From: Chlorokybus atmophyticus
Lineage: Eukaryota; Plantae; Mesostigma and Chlorokybus algae
DNA length: 64,000 nt
Reading direction: 5' to 3'
NCBI GenBank assembly: GCA_009103225.1
Contig: RHPI01000575.1
Span: forward strand, 103,224-167,223
Part shown: positions 14,101-26,400 of the stretch, one piece after another
How the letters are laid out: every line of letters starts with the position of its first letter
How positions within the stretch are numbered: position 1 is the stretch's first letter
The notes under the pieces: generated by a model
Told to the model about the DNA's origin: nothing
What the model saw: the letters and a program-made list of their open reading frames with translations, nothing else
Database searches by the model: none
Position numbers and translations under genes: made by a program

Positions 14101-15162
14101 TCTCCCGCCTCTCTTGCGTGCAGGCAAGTTTAGTCTGGCGGAGCTGTTTGACAGGGTTGGTTTCAACCAGACCACCATCTCGCGGGGGCGTTACGCGGAG
14201 GTGTTGGTGTCGCAGCGGCCGTTCACGGAGGACGAGAAGGACTACTTTGACCGCAGCGCAGAGCACGCATATGAGTCGTTCAGGAATAAGGCCGCGGAGT
14301 CAAGGAGAATGCCAGTAAGTGTGTGCGGGTGCGCGTTGCACATACACTTATGATGTGCGCGCATTGTTCATATATGTGCACGTATGGTGCGCGCACGCGT
14401 TGGCATGTGTGTGCGTGTGTGTATGCGCGTGCGCGTGTGCGCGTGCGCGTGCGTATGCATGCTTGTTGTTCCACTCATGCTACAGAGAGTATGTGTCTCA
14501 GCTGTGTCGTTGTTTGGTCTCAGGTTGAGCAAATGGAGTCCGTAGCCCAGGGCCGGGTGTGGACGGGTCGGCAGGCGCTGGAGAAGGGACTCGTTGATGC
14601 GTTGGGAGGCATCTCAACTGCTGTGGCCATTGCCAAGCAGTACGCCAAACTTGAGGGAGGGGTAAGTGCAACTGTCGTCAAGCTAGTACTTGATACCCAA
14701 CCCAGACTTGACCAAATGTGTCCTACAAGCACGCATACATGTGTATGCACACCTTGTTCAAGTGTGCGCGCATATGCGCGTGTGCATGCATGTGTGCTAT
14801 GCACAGGCTGTTGCAAGTTGCTGCCGTCAGAGCACACCATTTCACTTATGAACAAGTCACCCAATCACTCGCAGGTGAGGTTGGTGGAGTTCTCTCGAGG
14901 GCAGGTGTCCCCGCTCTCGCTCCTATCCGGTGGCGCCTCCGTCTTGACGGCCTTATCATCCTTAGGCTCCGCCATCCACCTCCTTAAGGAAGAGGCTGCT
15001 TCGCTCCAATCGGGCCGCGTGAGGGCTTCACTTGATGAACCCGCGTTGCGAAGCCTCACGGGCGAGGACTCGATGTCAACAGCGGTGGCGATGGTTGCTG
15101 AAGCGGGGAGTGCGCTGGCGCAGTTGCTACCGCTTCCAGCCTCGCGCGAAGATGACTTGTAG
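11110..15162 (+). CDS. SPPA: Plastid signal peptide peptidase SppA (protease IV, S49), multi-exon
   Basis: Exon 1 11110-11214 is transit-peptide-like (MTTTAALCMWSLAPRS...) and joins in phase 0 to exon 2 at 11635; KAANDPRVVGVFI, GWAKVEEIRRHI, RIGKYKSAGD, AVVLRIDSGGG, SMGDVAASGGYY, TITGSIGV, QGRVWTGRQA..GLVDALGG. Confidence 0.95.
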
Positions 15163-16483
15163 CGTTGAATTGAATTGAGTTGATTTGAAGCATTGGTTGC
15201 TTTGAATTGAGGGTGTTTGGCAATGTACAGGGTCTGATCTCGCATCTTCTTGCTCTAGCATTGATGGATTGGTTGAAGTCTCCGTGAGTGCGGTGTCGGG
15301 GGTGTATTTGAGACTTGGGGGGCGGGCTTGTGGCACATGAGGTAACACAGTGGTTTGATGTGGCGAACATACGCACAAGTTGTGCAATGCGCTCTTGCCT
15401 TCTTCGGTGTCTTCTGTCTCGCATGGTTGCTGCTATAGGCACCGGCGCTGCTTGTAGCAGCGACAGTAGTATATGGGGTGCTTCCTAGTGTGTGTGTGTT
15501 GCCTCCTGCTGCTTAAAAGCGAGGTTTGGTTCCAACCATTGCCCACCCATTGTTGATGAATGCGCAACACACGCTTCCGTACTGATCATTGTTGATGGCA
15601 TCACAACCGTACATGGAGTGTACCACACATATGCGCAGCATTGTGCGTGTGACAGGCGGAGACGGCGGCGTTGGTGAAGGTGACGTGAACGGCGTTGTGC
15701 GTGGCGGAGGGGCAGTCGGGTAGGCTAGCTCGCTGGCTGGCTGACTTGTTGGCTTTCAGCAGGTTCGGGGGTCCGTCCGTCATCTAGACTACTCCTGTGG
15801 CCAGTTGGCAAGCGCAGAGGCCATTGGTTGAATGCAAGGGTTGTGCATGGCTTGCGTGCAGTGGTTGTGCTTGCAGTTTGTACACAAGGATTCAAGCCAG
15901 CTGTCTGCCATGGCCACAGCTTGCATGGCACAAGTTGCACTCGCACACCACCAACAACAACTAACAACAGAGCAGATTACTCCGCCAGTCTAAGCGGGGA
16001 CACTGTTGTATGCACATCAATGAATCCAAGCTTGCGCACTCTGTCCTGCCTGGTGCTTGCCATTGTTCCATAGCATGGTCTGTGATCCAGCATTAGGCCA
16101 ACCGTACTGTCGCTGACCGCATTGATGCATTTGGCACAGCAGGTTAGTGCTGTGGCAGGAACACATTCATGGATGCTACAGTCTTCACCACGGTTCGATC
16201 GGGAGGAAACATCACAGCCCGCATCGGTACGCTTCATCCAGCTTATTGGTTTGTTGCGTGTGTGCGTGCTTGCATGCATGCATGCATGTGGGTTGTGTCA
16301 TGAAGAGCTAACAACTTGCCTCTATGATAATTCTCACGTGCGCAGCTCCTGCCTCTTGACGCGGGGCTGCTGACCCAGATTCTGTTGAAGGCAGGGCCTA
16401 CAGCGGTAAGCACACAATTGTGCATGGTGCGCACAAACAGCTAAAGCAAGACCCTCCCTCTCAAACTCACAGCAGCTTCCAGC

Positions 16484-17425
16484 ATGCAGAACGATGCTGC
16501 GCGGCTGCTACTTGTGTGTAAGGTGTTCTGCGACGTGCCCTTAGGCGACAAGCGTTTCTGGCGACATGTACAAATCATGGACCCAACAAGCTGTCTCGTT
16601 GATGTGCTGAATTCTATTCAAGCCAATGCGGAAGGGCGCTTCGCCCTCAACGCGTCATTCGTGCGTGGAGTTGAACTGAAGCAAAACAGCTGCGAGGGTC
16701 TGCAGCTGCTTGGAGAAGTGTTTCCTGAGGTCACATGGGTGGACTGCTTCCTTGGAGTTGTTGACGTTGACACGGAGGATATTGCTCTAAGCCTCAGCAG
16801 CTGCAAGAATGTGCAAGAGTTGGGTCTCTCACTGTCTCCCTCTGGCCAATCCCTAGACCTCAGCGCACTCGCAGCATGCAACCAGCTGCAGATGCTCAAG
16901 TTGGAGTTTGCAGAGCAGAGTGATGATGAGGAGGAGGAGGAGCAGGCAGAGCCTACAGCAGGCAAACAAGTGCTCATTGCAGGGTTGAGTGCCATACCGC
17001 AGCTTACCAATCTGACCATTTCTGCATCGTCCTGCGCTTTGTCACAGCTCCCGAAGACGCTGCAAGCCATTGAGTTGTTTATGGATCGCTTACGGTTTGA
17101 TGGAAGCAACCCTAAGGATCAATTGTATGGCACTGAAGCGCATCAACAGATGATGAACTTGGTGTCCATGTGCGACCTGAAGTCCATCTTGATATGCGCT
17201 TTCGGTCGTGATGAGAACGTGATGAACGTCAATGGACGCGAGTCCACGGACATGGTTGGCACTCTGGCGAGCATGCTGCTACAGAATCAGAGACAACGTG
17301 GAGCTGAGCGCGCGCGGGTTGTTGAGATCAAAGGCCCAGATGGACAGGTAGCTATAGAGCACATTCTGATCAAGTGCGCTTGTCCTTCGATCAATGTGCG
17401 CCAAGTGAGTAGTAGGCTGTACTAA
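16484..17425 (+). CDS. F-box/LRR (RNI-like)-type protein; N-terminus probably on an upstream exon
   Basis: 313-aa open frame; partial F-box-like DAARLLLVCKVF..FWRHV followed by LxxLxL repeats (VQELGL, LQMLKL, LTNLTI); acceptor-like CTCACAG just upstream. Confidence 0.45.
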   Translation: MQNDAARLLLVCKVFCDVPLGDKRFWRHVQIMDPTSCLVDVLNSIQANAEGRFALNASFVRGVELKQNSCEGLQLLGEVFPEVTWVDCFLGVVDVDTEDIALSLSSCKNVQELGLSLSPSGQSLDLSALAACNQLQMLKLEFAEQSDDEEEEEQAEPTAGKQVLIAGLSAIPQLTNLTISASSCALSQLPKTLQAIELFMDRLRFDGSNPKDQLYGTEAHQQMMNLVSMCDLKSILICAFGRDENVMNVNGRESTDMVGTLASMLLQNQRQRGAERARVVEIKGPDGQVAIEHILIKCACPSINVRQVSSRLY

Positions 17426-18024
17426 TCATAATCTGCATGCAGATGTGGCGCAGGGGAATTGCTACCGCTAGCCGATTGGCGAAGTGTGTGTCGCTGTTAG
17501 CGCACAAGAGTCGAAAGTCTGCTCATAGTAGACAGCAGGACGCCAGTTCTGCTGAGAAGAAGAGAGGGCTAGACTATTTGAGAACACGTACCTGGAAAGG
17601 CAGTGGAGAGGCTTCACTTGCAACCCGCTGCCGATGTCACATCTTTACCGAACTGTGGGCGTGCTCCCGCTGAACCTGCAGGCAACAGGACCTCCTCAGG
17701 GGTTGCAGATAAGGGATGCAAGGCCAGTCGAAGTTGACATTGTCGGTGTATAGGTTGAAGGGCACTTGTTAACCACCTAGAGCATTAGTATTGATGATGC
17801 GATGCGTCAAAGCAGCCATGTGCAGTCCTAGTGCAAGCGCATGCCATACTGTTCAAAGCGAGTGATCATGCGCATGGTTACTACCTTTGGCATGCGAGTT
17901 GATAAGTGCTCATCCATTGAATTGCAATGAACTTGTTGCATAGCCACAAACAACAACCACTGGCTGTTGTTGTGACATCATGTTGATGCAATGGTTGAGC
18001 GCTTAGCCTAAGCGTTCAACCATT

Positions 18025-18053
18025 GGCAGGGGCCAAAGGCTTTGGCCCCTGCC
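18025..18053. repeat. Perfect 14-bp inverted repeat with 1-nt loop
   Basis: GGCAGGGGCCAAAG-G-CTTTGGCCCCTGCC. Confidence 0.85.
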
Positions 18054-19841
18054 TTGGAGGCAAAGTCATCTTTAAGTGACACGTGTGTGTATATGTTACT
18101 CTACTACTAAGTTGAGGGTTTCAATGATGCCTTCGTGAACTAATCAAAGGTAAATTGAGTTACTAGCTAATACTACGGTAGTATTATCGCACTATTTCCT
18201 TCAGCTCGAGCGATCAATACAAGGATTATATCAATTGCAAAAGCTAATACGAGTGAGTACAAACTTGAGCGGATTGGTATTTGCTCAAATTCCGGCTCAG
18301 ATACCAACTTGCTTGTGTATTTGCTATAGCTAGCTCGCTTAGCATATAGCATGTACCGTACATCACTGCAATAGGCGCAGATGAATATACCGGCTATTGT
18401 GCCACATTTAAAGCATAACAATGTAAAAATCAAAGCATAATGACGTGAGATTATAAATGTTTTCACGCCAAGCATACGTACCAAGCATGTTTGGGTTTTA
18501 AGTTAAACGCTGCTCGGGCAATATATTCATATTGCAATAATAACTTAGTATTGCAATGCTTGTATTGAACACATGATTGTTCAATAAGTATAATATTAAT
18601 GCATCAAGTTTAGGTGACGTGATGGCAACATGTTACACGCATTGATGTAATTAGCATCATCCATATTGGAACGACTCACTTGAAATTGCTAGCTACGTAC
18701 AACTAGGTACATCAGGTCATTCACATTAAGTCCGAAAAAAATAAAGCCTACCACATCACCTAGCGTATTATCACGAGCTGGCCGAGCGTCTCGCAATGAG
18801 GCTCCCACGTACAGCACCCGCCACCAAAGCCAAGACAGCGAATGCCTGCGAACGTTGCAGAACGATGAAGAAGGCGACCAACCCGCTAAATGAAATGAGT
18901 CTCTTGCTCACGTGCATCAACCACACGTCGAGCACTCCGAGATAGACGAGTCGTCACGTCCAGTGGACAACAGCTCGACCGTCGATGCTCCCATCTAATA
19001 GCGAACTTTTATAGCCTAAGGGATGAAGGTGTCGCAATCGGCGTCGTCACGTCAACAGGCTGACAAAATTCGCTTTCACTTCGTTACTTAAGTAATAAGA
19101 GGAACGAAATGAGGAATTTGCATGTCATGATATGTAGCACTTGGCACTGCAATGTGTGCTTATGCGGTCGGTCCTTATGTTTTTGATAGCTATGGCTATA
19201 TAGGTGCACAAGGCGTTGCAATACGGTATCATCGTATGTGCTGATGTAGTATATCAGCACATGCAGCGCTGGTCGGTGCCATATGCTCAGGATGACTTGT
19301 GAAGTGCCAGCGATGTGACATTATGGCAGCATACGTGCTGCAAGTGACAAATTGTATAGCTTAAATGCTGTGTACCATGATGTGATGTGCATTATATAAT
19401 GCGCATCAGCGTATCACACATATATGCGTGATACGCTAATGTTTGCTATTGAAGTAATACCGAAACAATCTACCCTCACTGTAGTGACACTTGTTCTTAC
19501 AACACCCTGTCGGTAGTGAAAGGATACGGATTAACCATTTTATATGATGCAAGACTTCATTTTCACAATGACTGTCACACTCTCCGTAAGGACAATTCGT
19601 GCCAGTAGTGAGCGTCACTGTAAAGAGGGTATCATATATAGAATTGATTAGGGTTTGTACACCTCGCTATAATAACCAATTGTCACTACATGGAGTGGCA
19701 TGAACATTGTAATGTAGTGATCAACTGACATTACATACAGGTGTCCGGATTTGAGTCAATGCATATCAGGCAATATATATATGATATTATGCTATTAAAT
19801 TCCTCGTTTCAGTGATAAATACCATACTTACTTTATTTGAG

Positions 19842-19976
<135 letters not shown>

Positions 19977-20740
19977 NTTGCTAGGAGTTACGCTGGATAG
20001 CGTAACTCACAGCAAGTTAGCAGCCTGGTCATCATAAGGAGAGGTTTGCCGCGCCATCTAGCTGCCTGCCGCGGCGGCGGCGGCGAGCTATCGATAGGCG
20101 GGCTACGGCTCGGCGGCCGTTGGCTGCGTGCAATGTGGTAAATAGGCCTATAAACATGTGCATAATGCAATAAATTCATCAATAAACCCCCTCTAGGAGG
20201 AGGGGGAGGCTAATTAAAAAGATAGGGNGGGGGGGGGGCTTGTACATGCGCTTAAAGCCCCCCACCCTTCTTTGTTGAGGGGGGCTGTATTAGGGGGGGC
20301 TGTAAAAGAGTAAATATGGTAGTCAGTGTGTTGCGTTGATGCGTTACAATGATTGTCCGTCACTATGTGGAGGGAACGACACCTCCGTATATTGAAAAAA
20401 GCCTCCATACATTCGGTCACTACATTGAGGGTGGACTGTACAATGATTCTTGGATGGTAGTACCACCGTTGTACTATACCAACGTACCACGGCACTTGCT
20501 TGCTGTCAATGTCTGGACCTCAAAGTGGATGATGCTGCGGAATTTGCCATGTGATTGAAAAGGAAGTACCACGCACGCTTTCACACCGGTCCTTACTTAG
20601 CCAGTCGTGTCAATGTGGCCACCGCAGTGTGCGGGTGTATGAAGAGCGAGCAAAGGCTTGACCGCTGTTGACAGTGGCGGTTGCAGTGAGTCTTTGTCGT
20701 TGGTTGTGCGCCTTTGCGGTGGGAAGTCCTCTGCTTGTCC

Positions 20741-20802
20741 TCTCCCTCTCTCTTCCTCTCTCCCTCTCTCTCCCTCTCTCTCCCTCTCTCTCTCTCTCTC
20801 TC
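20741..20802. repeat. (CT)n-type microsatellite
   Basis: ctccctctctct... tract upstream of the secreted repeat protein. Confidence 0.85.
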
Positions 20803-20889
20803 ACACGTTGCATACTGTCCTGCTGACGCTGCAACCACCATGTCTAAAGTGCGAAGTGCCCTCTCCAGCTCAGCCTCGTCCTTGACGCC

Positions 20890-21567
20890 ATGGCCTCGCT
20901 CGTGCGCCCCTGCATTGCTGCCAAGGCCCGTCTACCTGTCTGCCTGCTCCTCCTCCTGCCAATCCTGTGCTGCGTCTTCTTGCCTGCTGGAGCCGACGCT
21001 GCTGCAGGTAAGCCAAGTGTTAGCGGTGACTATGCACTGCTTGATGTGCGTGTGTGCTCTGTCCATTGCCTGCCTGTTGCAGCGACTCGCTAGGTTGTGG
21101 GTGAAGTCGGTGTTGTGTCAACAAAGTGCATTGTGCGCTTTGTGTGATAAGCAGGCAGGCTCCCCCATGCAAGCGTTCAGCGGCGCCAACTAGCCACCGC
21201 TTACTGCAATGGCCGTGCATACGACACCAGCTTCTACATCTGCTGCAACGGTGTAGTCAGCTCCAAGGGCAGCAACGCCTGCAGCAACACAAGTCCCTAC
21301 AACACCAACTTCTACATCTGCTGCAACAACGTCCTCAGCTCCAAGGGCAGCAACAACGCCTGCTGCAACACCAAGCCCTACAACACCGACTTCTACATCT
21401 GCTGCAACAACTTCCTCAGCTCCAAGGGCAGCAACAACGCCTATTGCAACACCACCCCTTACAACACAAGCTTCTACATCTGCTGCAACAACGTCCTCAG
21501 CTCCAAGTTAAGGCGCCCAAGATTGAGTGTACAATACGATGAAACTATTATCTCAACTTGCTTTTGA
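20890..21567 (+). CDS. Small secreted Cys/Asn-rich tandem-repeat protein (galaxin-like repeats), 2 exons
   Basis: Exon 1 20890-21008 encodes a signal peptide (VCLLLLLPILCCVFLPAGADA); a phase-1 join to the acceptor at 21154 gives ...VQRRQLATAYCNGRAYDTSFYICCNGVVSSKGSNACSNTSPYNTNFYICCNNVLSSKGSNNACC...; TTCTACATCTGCTGCAAC recurs at 21232, 21310, 21391, 21472; TGA at 21565-21567. The ORF track missed this frame. Confidence 0.75.
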
Positions 21568-23481
21568 TGGTTTGGAAAGGCATCATGTAATGATAATAAA
21601 CATGGTAATATGGTGGTATCGTTTTCACATTGCTTACAGATGACGCTGGCTCTGGGAGAGCCAAAAGCGTTTAACCATTACATAATCAACATGATATGAC
21701 ATATGCGTGTTGTGATTGTTTTCCACTTACATCAATGCAAAAATTCTGCTGCAACTCAGTCAATTGCTGCTTACTTTATCAATGACCAAGGTATTTCGAA
21801 TGCGATGCATGCGCATGTACTATTACGTAAAGTGTGACATGCGCTTATCAAGCATTGCAATGCAGTAGGCATAAGGTTGGCATAAGCGGCATGCACTGAC
21901 AGGCTGTGCCGTGTATTTCAATAATCATTCTTGAACAGTCCGACCATGTTTAAGTTTGTATTCATGCAAGCTCTTGTTACCATATTGCAACATGAATTAG
22001 GCTATTTTATTGTTTTGACATTGTATGTCATGGTTCAACCGCAACATACAATGGCATAATAGTCTACAAGGTTTGTAGACTAATATCCAATTGGTGCTCA
22101 TGCAATGCTGTCATTAGCATTATCAATGCAATTGCACGTCATTAGCTGTACTGAATAAGAAGTGCCATGCATTGCACGGCACTTGCTTGGCGTACAATGT
22201 GATGATATTGATATTCAACACATGTTGTCATGACGCTACTCAATAGTGACTACATGTCACGCCCAAAGGGCTGGCAAAAGTCACTCTCGGTTCCTTACTT
22301 ATGTAGTAAGTAACAGGGACTAAGTGAGGATTCCGCATGTCAAGCTGTGTAGTGCTTGGCAGGTGTACTCATGCAGTCGTCCATGTCTCTAGGAGTCTAA
22401 TAGGTTTGGGAACAGCTTAAGGTAGCTCAACTTCAATTTTAGGCAGCGTGCATGCACGCGGTTCGCCTCTGGCTAATGGTGGAGTTCGGGAGTCTTGGGT
22501 ATGACGCCGCCGCTTCCACCCTAGTCCGCTCACTTGTAACTTACTGCCGACCGTCTCGTTGGGGTTTGCTTAAAGGAACTGTCGATGTCGGCCGCGGCCA
22601 TAAGCCTTGCTTCCGATTGGTCGATGCTAGCAACTGCATTGATGGGTCTCATCACGATGATCACGCTGTCAGCCAACATTGGATCAGCTTCCAGTGATCC
22701 TGATGAACAGGTTGGAGTGCGCAAAGAGTGCGTTGAAAAGGTGCGTGTCGAGGGTCATCACCGAGAAATGTAGCGCTATGATATATATATACAAATGTTT
22801 ATACCAAGACTCCATTATGTCATTCTTGTATATAGTGCTATTATATATTTCAATTTTATGTAAGCAAAACCTAGCATACTCAAGTTTAATTTGTATATAT
22901 ACATGCATATACATGTGCATGTACTTATGCACATTATATATGATAAATGTGTGCATCGTGGTAAATCTATAATGCATGCATAAGATTCCTGAATCGAGAT
23001 GTCGCATGCACGATCGGCATCTTTACAAAACAACCGAGTGGCCGGATTTTTTTTTTTTTTTGAGCCCAACAAAGATTGCATGAAGCATAAGGACAAGAGT
23101 TCAGAGTGATACAACTACGTGCTAAAGGAAACTAGAGAATTACACTAACCATAGCGAACCAAAGACTGAGCATGGAAACGGAAGATGTCCCTAGTCTATC
23201 ATATCTCAGTGACTGAAGAGAGCGCGAGGCGAGGGCAGGGTAGAGGTGAGCGTACAGAGTACCCCCCCGCTACCCCACGAAGAGGAGAAGGCAGAAAGAG
23301 CACCCTCCCTCTTGCCATCAGCAAGAGGGGTGGTAAGAACCGAGAGACACTTCTCTCGTGCTCGTAGACAAACAGCTTGGAGAATCCGGGCGCGAAGAAC
23401 GCTAACAGGAACAGGTGTGCCATACCGGTTGGCACACCGGTAGCACCATATGATCCACAGAACAGTGGGGCGCATAGCCTG

Positions 23482-26400
23482 TCAGAGCGGTGAGAAAGCC
23501 TGCGGGGAGACCGCAGGACCCACCCCAAACAGCACTGAGCGAGGAGAAGTGACGAGGGAGGCCCCCATCCTGCCAAACACTGCGGAGAGACAAGACCAAG
23601 CGTAGGTGGCTGAAGAGCAAGAGAAAAACAAGTGCAATGTAGTCTCCATGCCAACCGCGTGACAAGAGAGGCACGAGGTGTCTGCATCCAAAAACTGGAG
23701 GCGCTCCCCCGTAAACAGAGCCTCCTGCGCTATCAACCAAAGCAACGTGCGTTGCTTTCCTACAACCGGTGCATTGTGCACCGTACGCCACACCTGCTGC
23801 CATGGAATGTCCGGAGACAGCAGCAGCCAATGTTTCGGCCCGGGCACCATTGCCACCGCTTTGCGCGTGAGGACATGATACCCCAACTTCGAAGTGCAAT
23901 CCCATAGGGAGGACGCCACAAAGCCCGCTCCTGGCTGCAGCGTCCACCTCATAGCTTGCGGGTCGCAATGCACATCCGCAACAGGTGCTCCCCCTACTGC
24001 GAACCAACCGTGATGGCGGGCAGTAACCGGGAGAGACAGCCAGGCCGCTGAGCGAGGAGCATGACCTTTTCTCTAACGTGGAGGAGGAGGACGAACCCGC
24101 ACTCGCCTGGCAGCTTGAAGGAAGAGCGAGCTACCTTCCACCCCTTCACCCAGCGTAGTACGCTCGGGGCCCACGAGAGGGAAGCGTGTGCCAACGCAGC
24201 GTGCTCCCTGCACATGGGAAACCAACAGCACTGCATCAATGCTGCCGGCAGGAGTGGGAGAAGCCCACCACTCATCGTGCACCGCAAGGCCCGGACCATC
24301 GTCCAGCAAGGCCCTCCACTCCGGTGGGACAGCAGACCAGAGCACATCCAGTCGTTGCTGCGTGAGCACCGGCACCCAGAAGAAGAGTTCCTCCGCGGTG
24401 TATGGCCTGCGGAGGAGAGGATCCCACAGGTCACACACACGGTGGAACCCTTCCCGAGCCCAGGGGCGGAACCAGCTCTTGGTAGCCCCCGAGCCAAGCA
24501 CTTTGCCGTCCTGCATACAGAGGAGTCCGTTGTAGAACAAGTGCTGCGCCAGCACCTCCTCGTAGTTGGTGGGAGGAGCGCGCGAGGGAGGGGAAACCGC
24601 CTGCCACGCTCGGAAAATAGCACGCCAGTGGCGGGCTACGCGTGCATGGACAGGCAAGCTGGTGGAGAGCAAGGCAGCGCCGGGTGGGAGCCATAAAGTG
24701 GAAGGCTCCCGTGCGTCCGATGCCCACACCGCGAGCTGCTGATACCCCATGACCTTCCACGGTGCCCACGTCGGGTTAGCCAGCCGGACAGCCCACCTCG
24801 CCAGCAAAGCTTGCGATTGCAACGTGGGATCCAAGATCCCAAGACCCCCCTCGGACTTCGGGAGGCAAACAACAGCCCAGCGCACCTTCCCACGTGTGGG
24901 GATCCCGTCCAGGCCAGCAGAGGAAGACCACAGAAAAGAGGTGCACTCCTTGCGCAGCTGCTTCAGCACGGAGGAGGCCGGGGAAGCCACTGCCGCGATG
25001 TACCACATGCACGCGAGCACGGACTGATTGAGCACCAGCGCCTTGCCAACAAGCGAAAGGTAATGTCCCTTCCACATGTGCATGCGCTTCCTCATCTTGT
25101 CAAGCACAGCCTCGAAGAGCTGAGGCTGTTGGAGAGACAACCCCATGGGGACGCCGAGCAACGAGGCGGAGGCCCCCTCCTGCAGCCACTTCACCCCCCA
25201 TGCGGGAGCAGGTTGGGAGGTAGCTGCGCCCAAAAGGATGCCCACCGACTTGTGCAGCTGAGTTGCGAGTCGGAGGCGAGACAATACAAGCGCGTGATTG
25301 ACGAGAAGGCCTCGATCGCTGAGGGGGAGGTCTCGAGCAAAACAGCCGTATCATCAGCAAATGCAAAGTAGCGAACCTCGTCGTAATCTCCTGCGTGCGG
25401 TAGATCATCCGAGGGAAGAACCAGGCCTTTAATGGCCGGGTGACTCTTGAGCATGCTGCCTAACGCTTCACTAGCGATGACAAACAAGGCAGGGGCCATC
25501 GGACAGCCCTGCCTCACACTCCGCTGCAAGTGGAACTCCTCTGAGAGAAAGCCATTCACCATAACGGAGCTGCTGCCACCACCATTGAGCGTGCGTATCC
25601 AACCCCGAAAGGTGTGGCCGAAGCCCAAAGCCTGCATCACTCTGTCCAGGAAGTCCCAGTCGAGGCGATCAAAGGCTTTCTCGAAGTCCAACAAGAGGAG
25701 GGCGACCTCTTCTTGCGTAGCATCCGCACAATGAATGGCATCGAGTGCGGTGAGCAAGTTGTCCAAGATGTACCTGTGTTTGACAAAGCTCGTCTGTTCC
25801 TCGGAGAGGATGTTCGGAAGCAAGGGGGACATACGCAAAGCAAAGGCCTTCGCTAGGATTTTGTAGTGTAGAGACAGTAGCGTGATAGGACGCCAGTTGC
25901 GCAAGTCGGACAGTGCACCCTTCTTGTGCAGCAACGTGAGGACCCCCGCCCACTGAGAACAACCCATACGAGACCGCTGCAACACCACGTGGCAGTATGC
26001 AGTGTAGTCCTATCACCGGCCACATGTGCAACCAAAAGGCTGCAGTGAGGCCATCCCTCCCCGGGCTCTTGTGAAGGTTCATCGCCCGAATAGCTGCGTG
26101 GAGCTCCGAGCTGGTCACTGGTGAGTCGAGCCGCGCTCCCTCTTCCGCCAACAGCAAGGGTTCCACCGCTCGCAGGCATTCCTCCACAGCAGCGGACTTG
26201 GCAACCTGGTCCACTTGCAAGGAGGTGTACAGCTGCGCATAAAAGTCCCGCGTGGCCGCGAGGAGATCCGATTGCTCGCTTAGCGGGGGATTGTGAGGGA
26301 CCGTCGTGTGATTAAGCTCCGGCATCGGGGAAGAGAGTCTGTCTGCCCGCCCCTTGGCAAAGAAAGAGCTGCTCATCCTCTCCCCCTCCAGCCTCCAACG

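Noticed and set aside
919-14474. Many His/Thr/Cys/Val/Ala-rich ORFs (MHAHTH..., CVCVCV...)
   Set aside because: Translations of intronic CA/TG tracts or antisense shadows of real exons.
18173-18484. Possible PIF1/Helitron helicase remnant (QIPIR..LAFAI)
   Set aside because: Motif order and spacing do not fit; AT-rich chance ORF.
21200-21510. CRISPR-like periodic array; Gln/Leu-rich ORF 21126-21542
   Set aside because: The repeats are an in-frame protein repeat without unique spacers; the listed ORF is the wrong frame.
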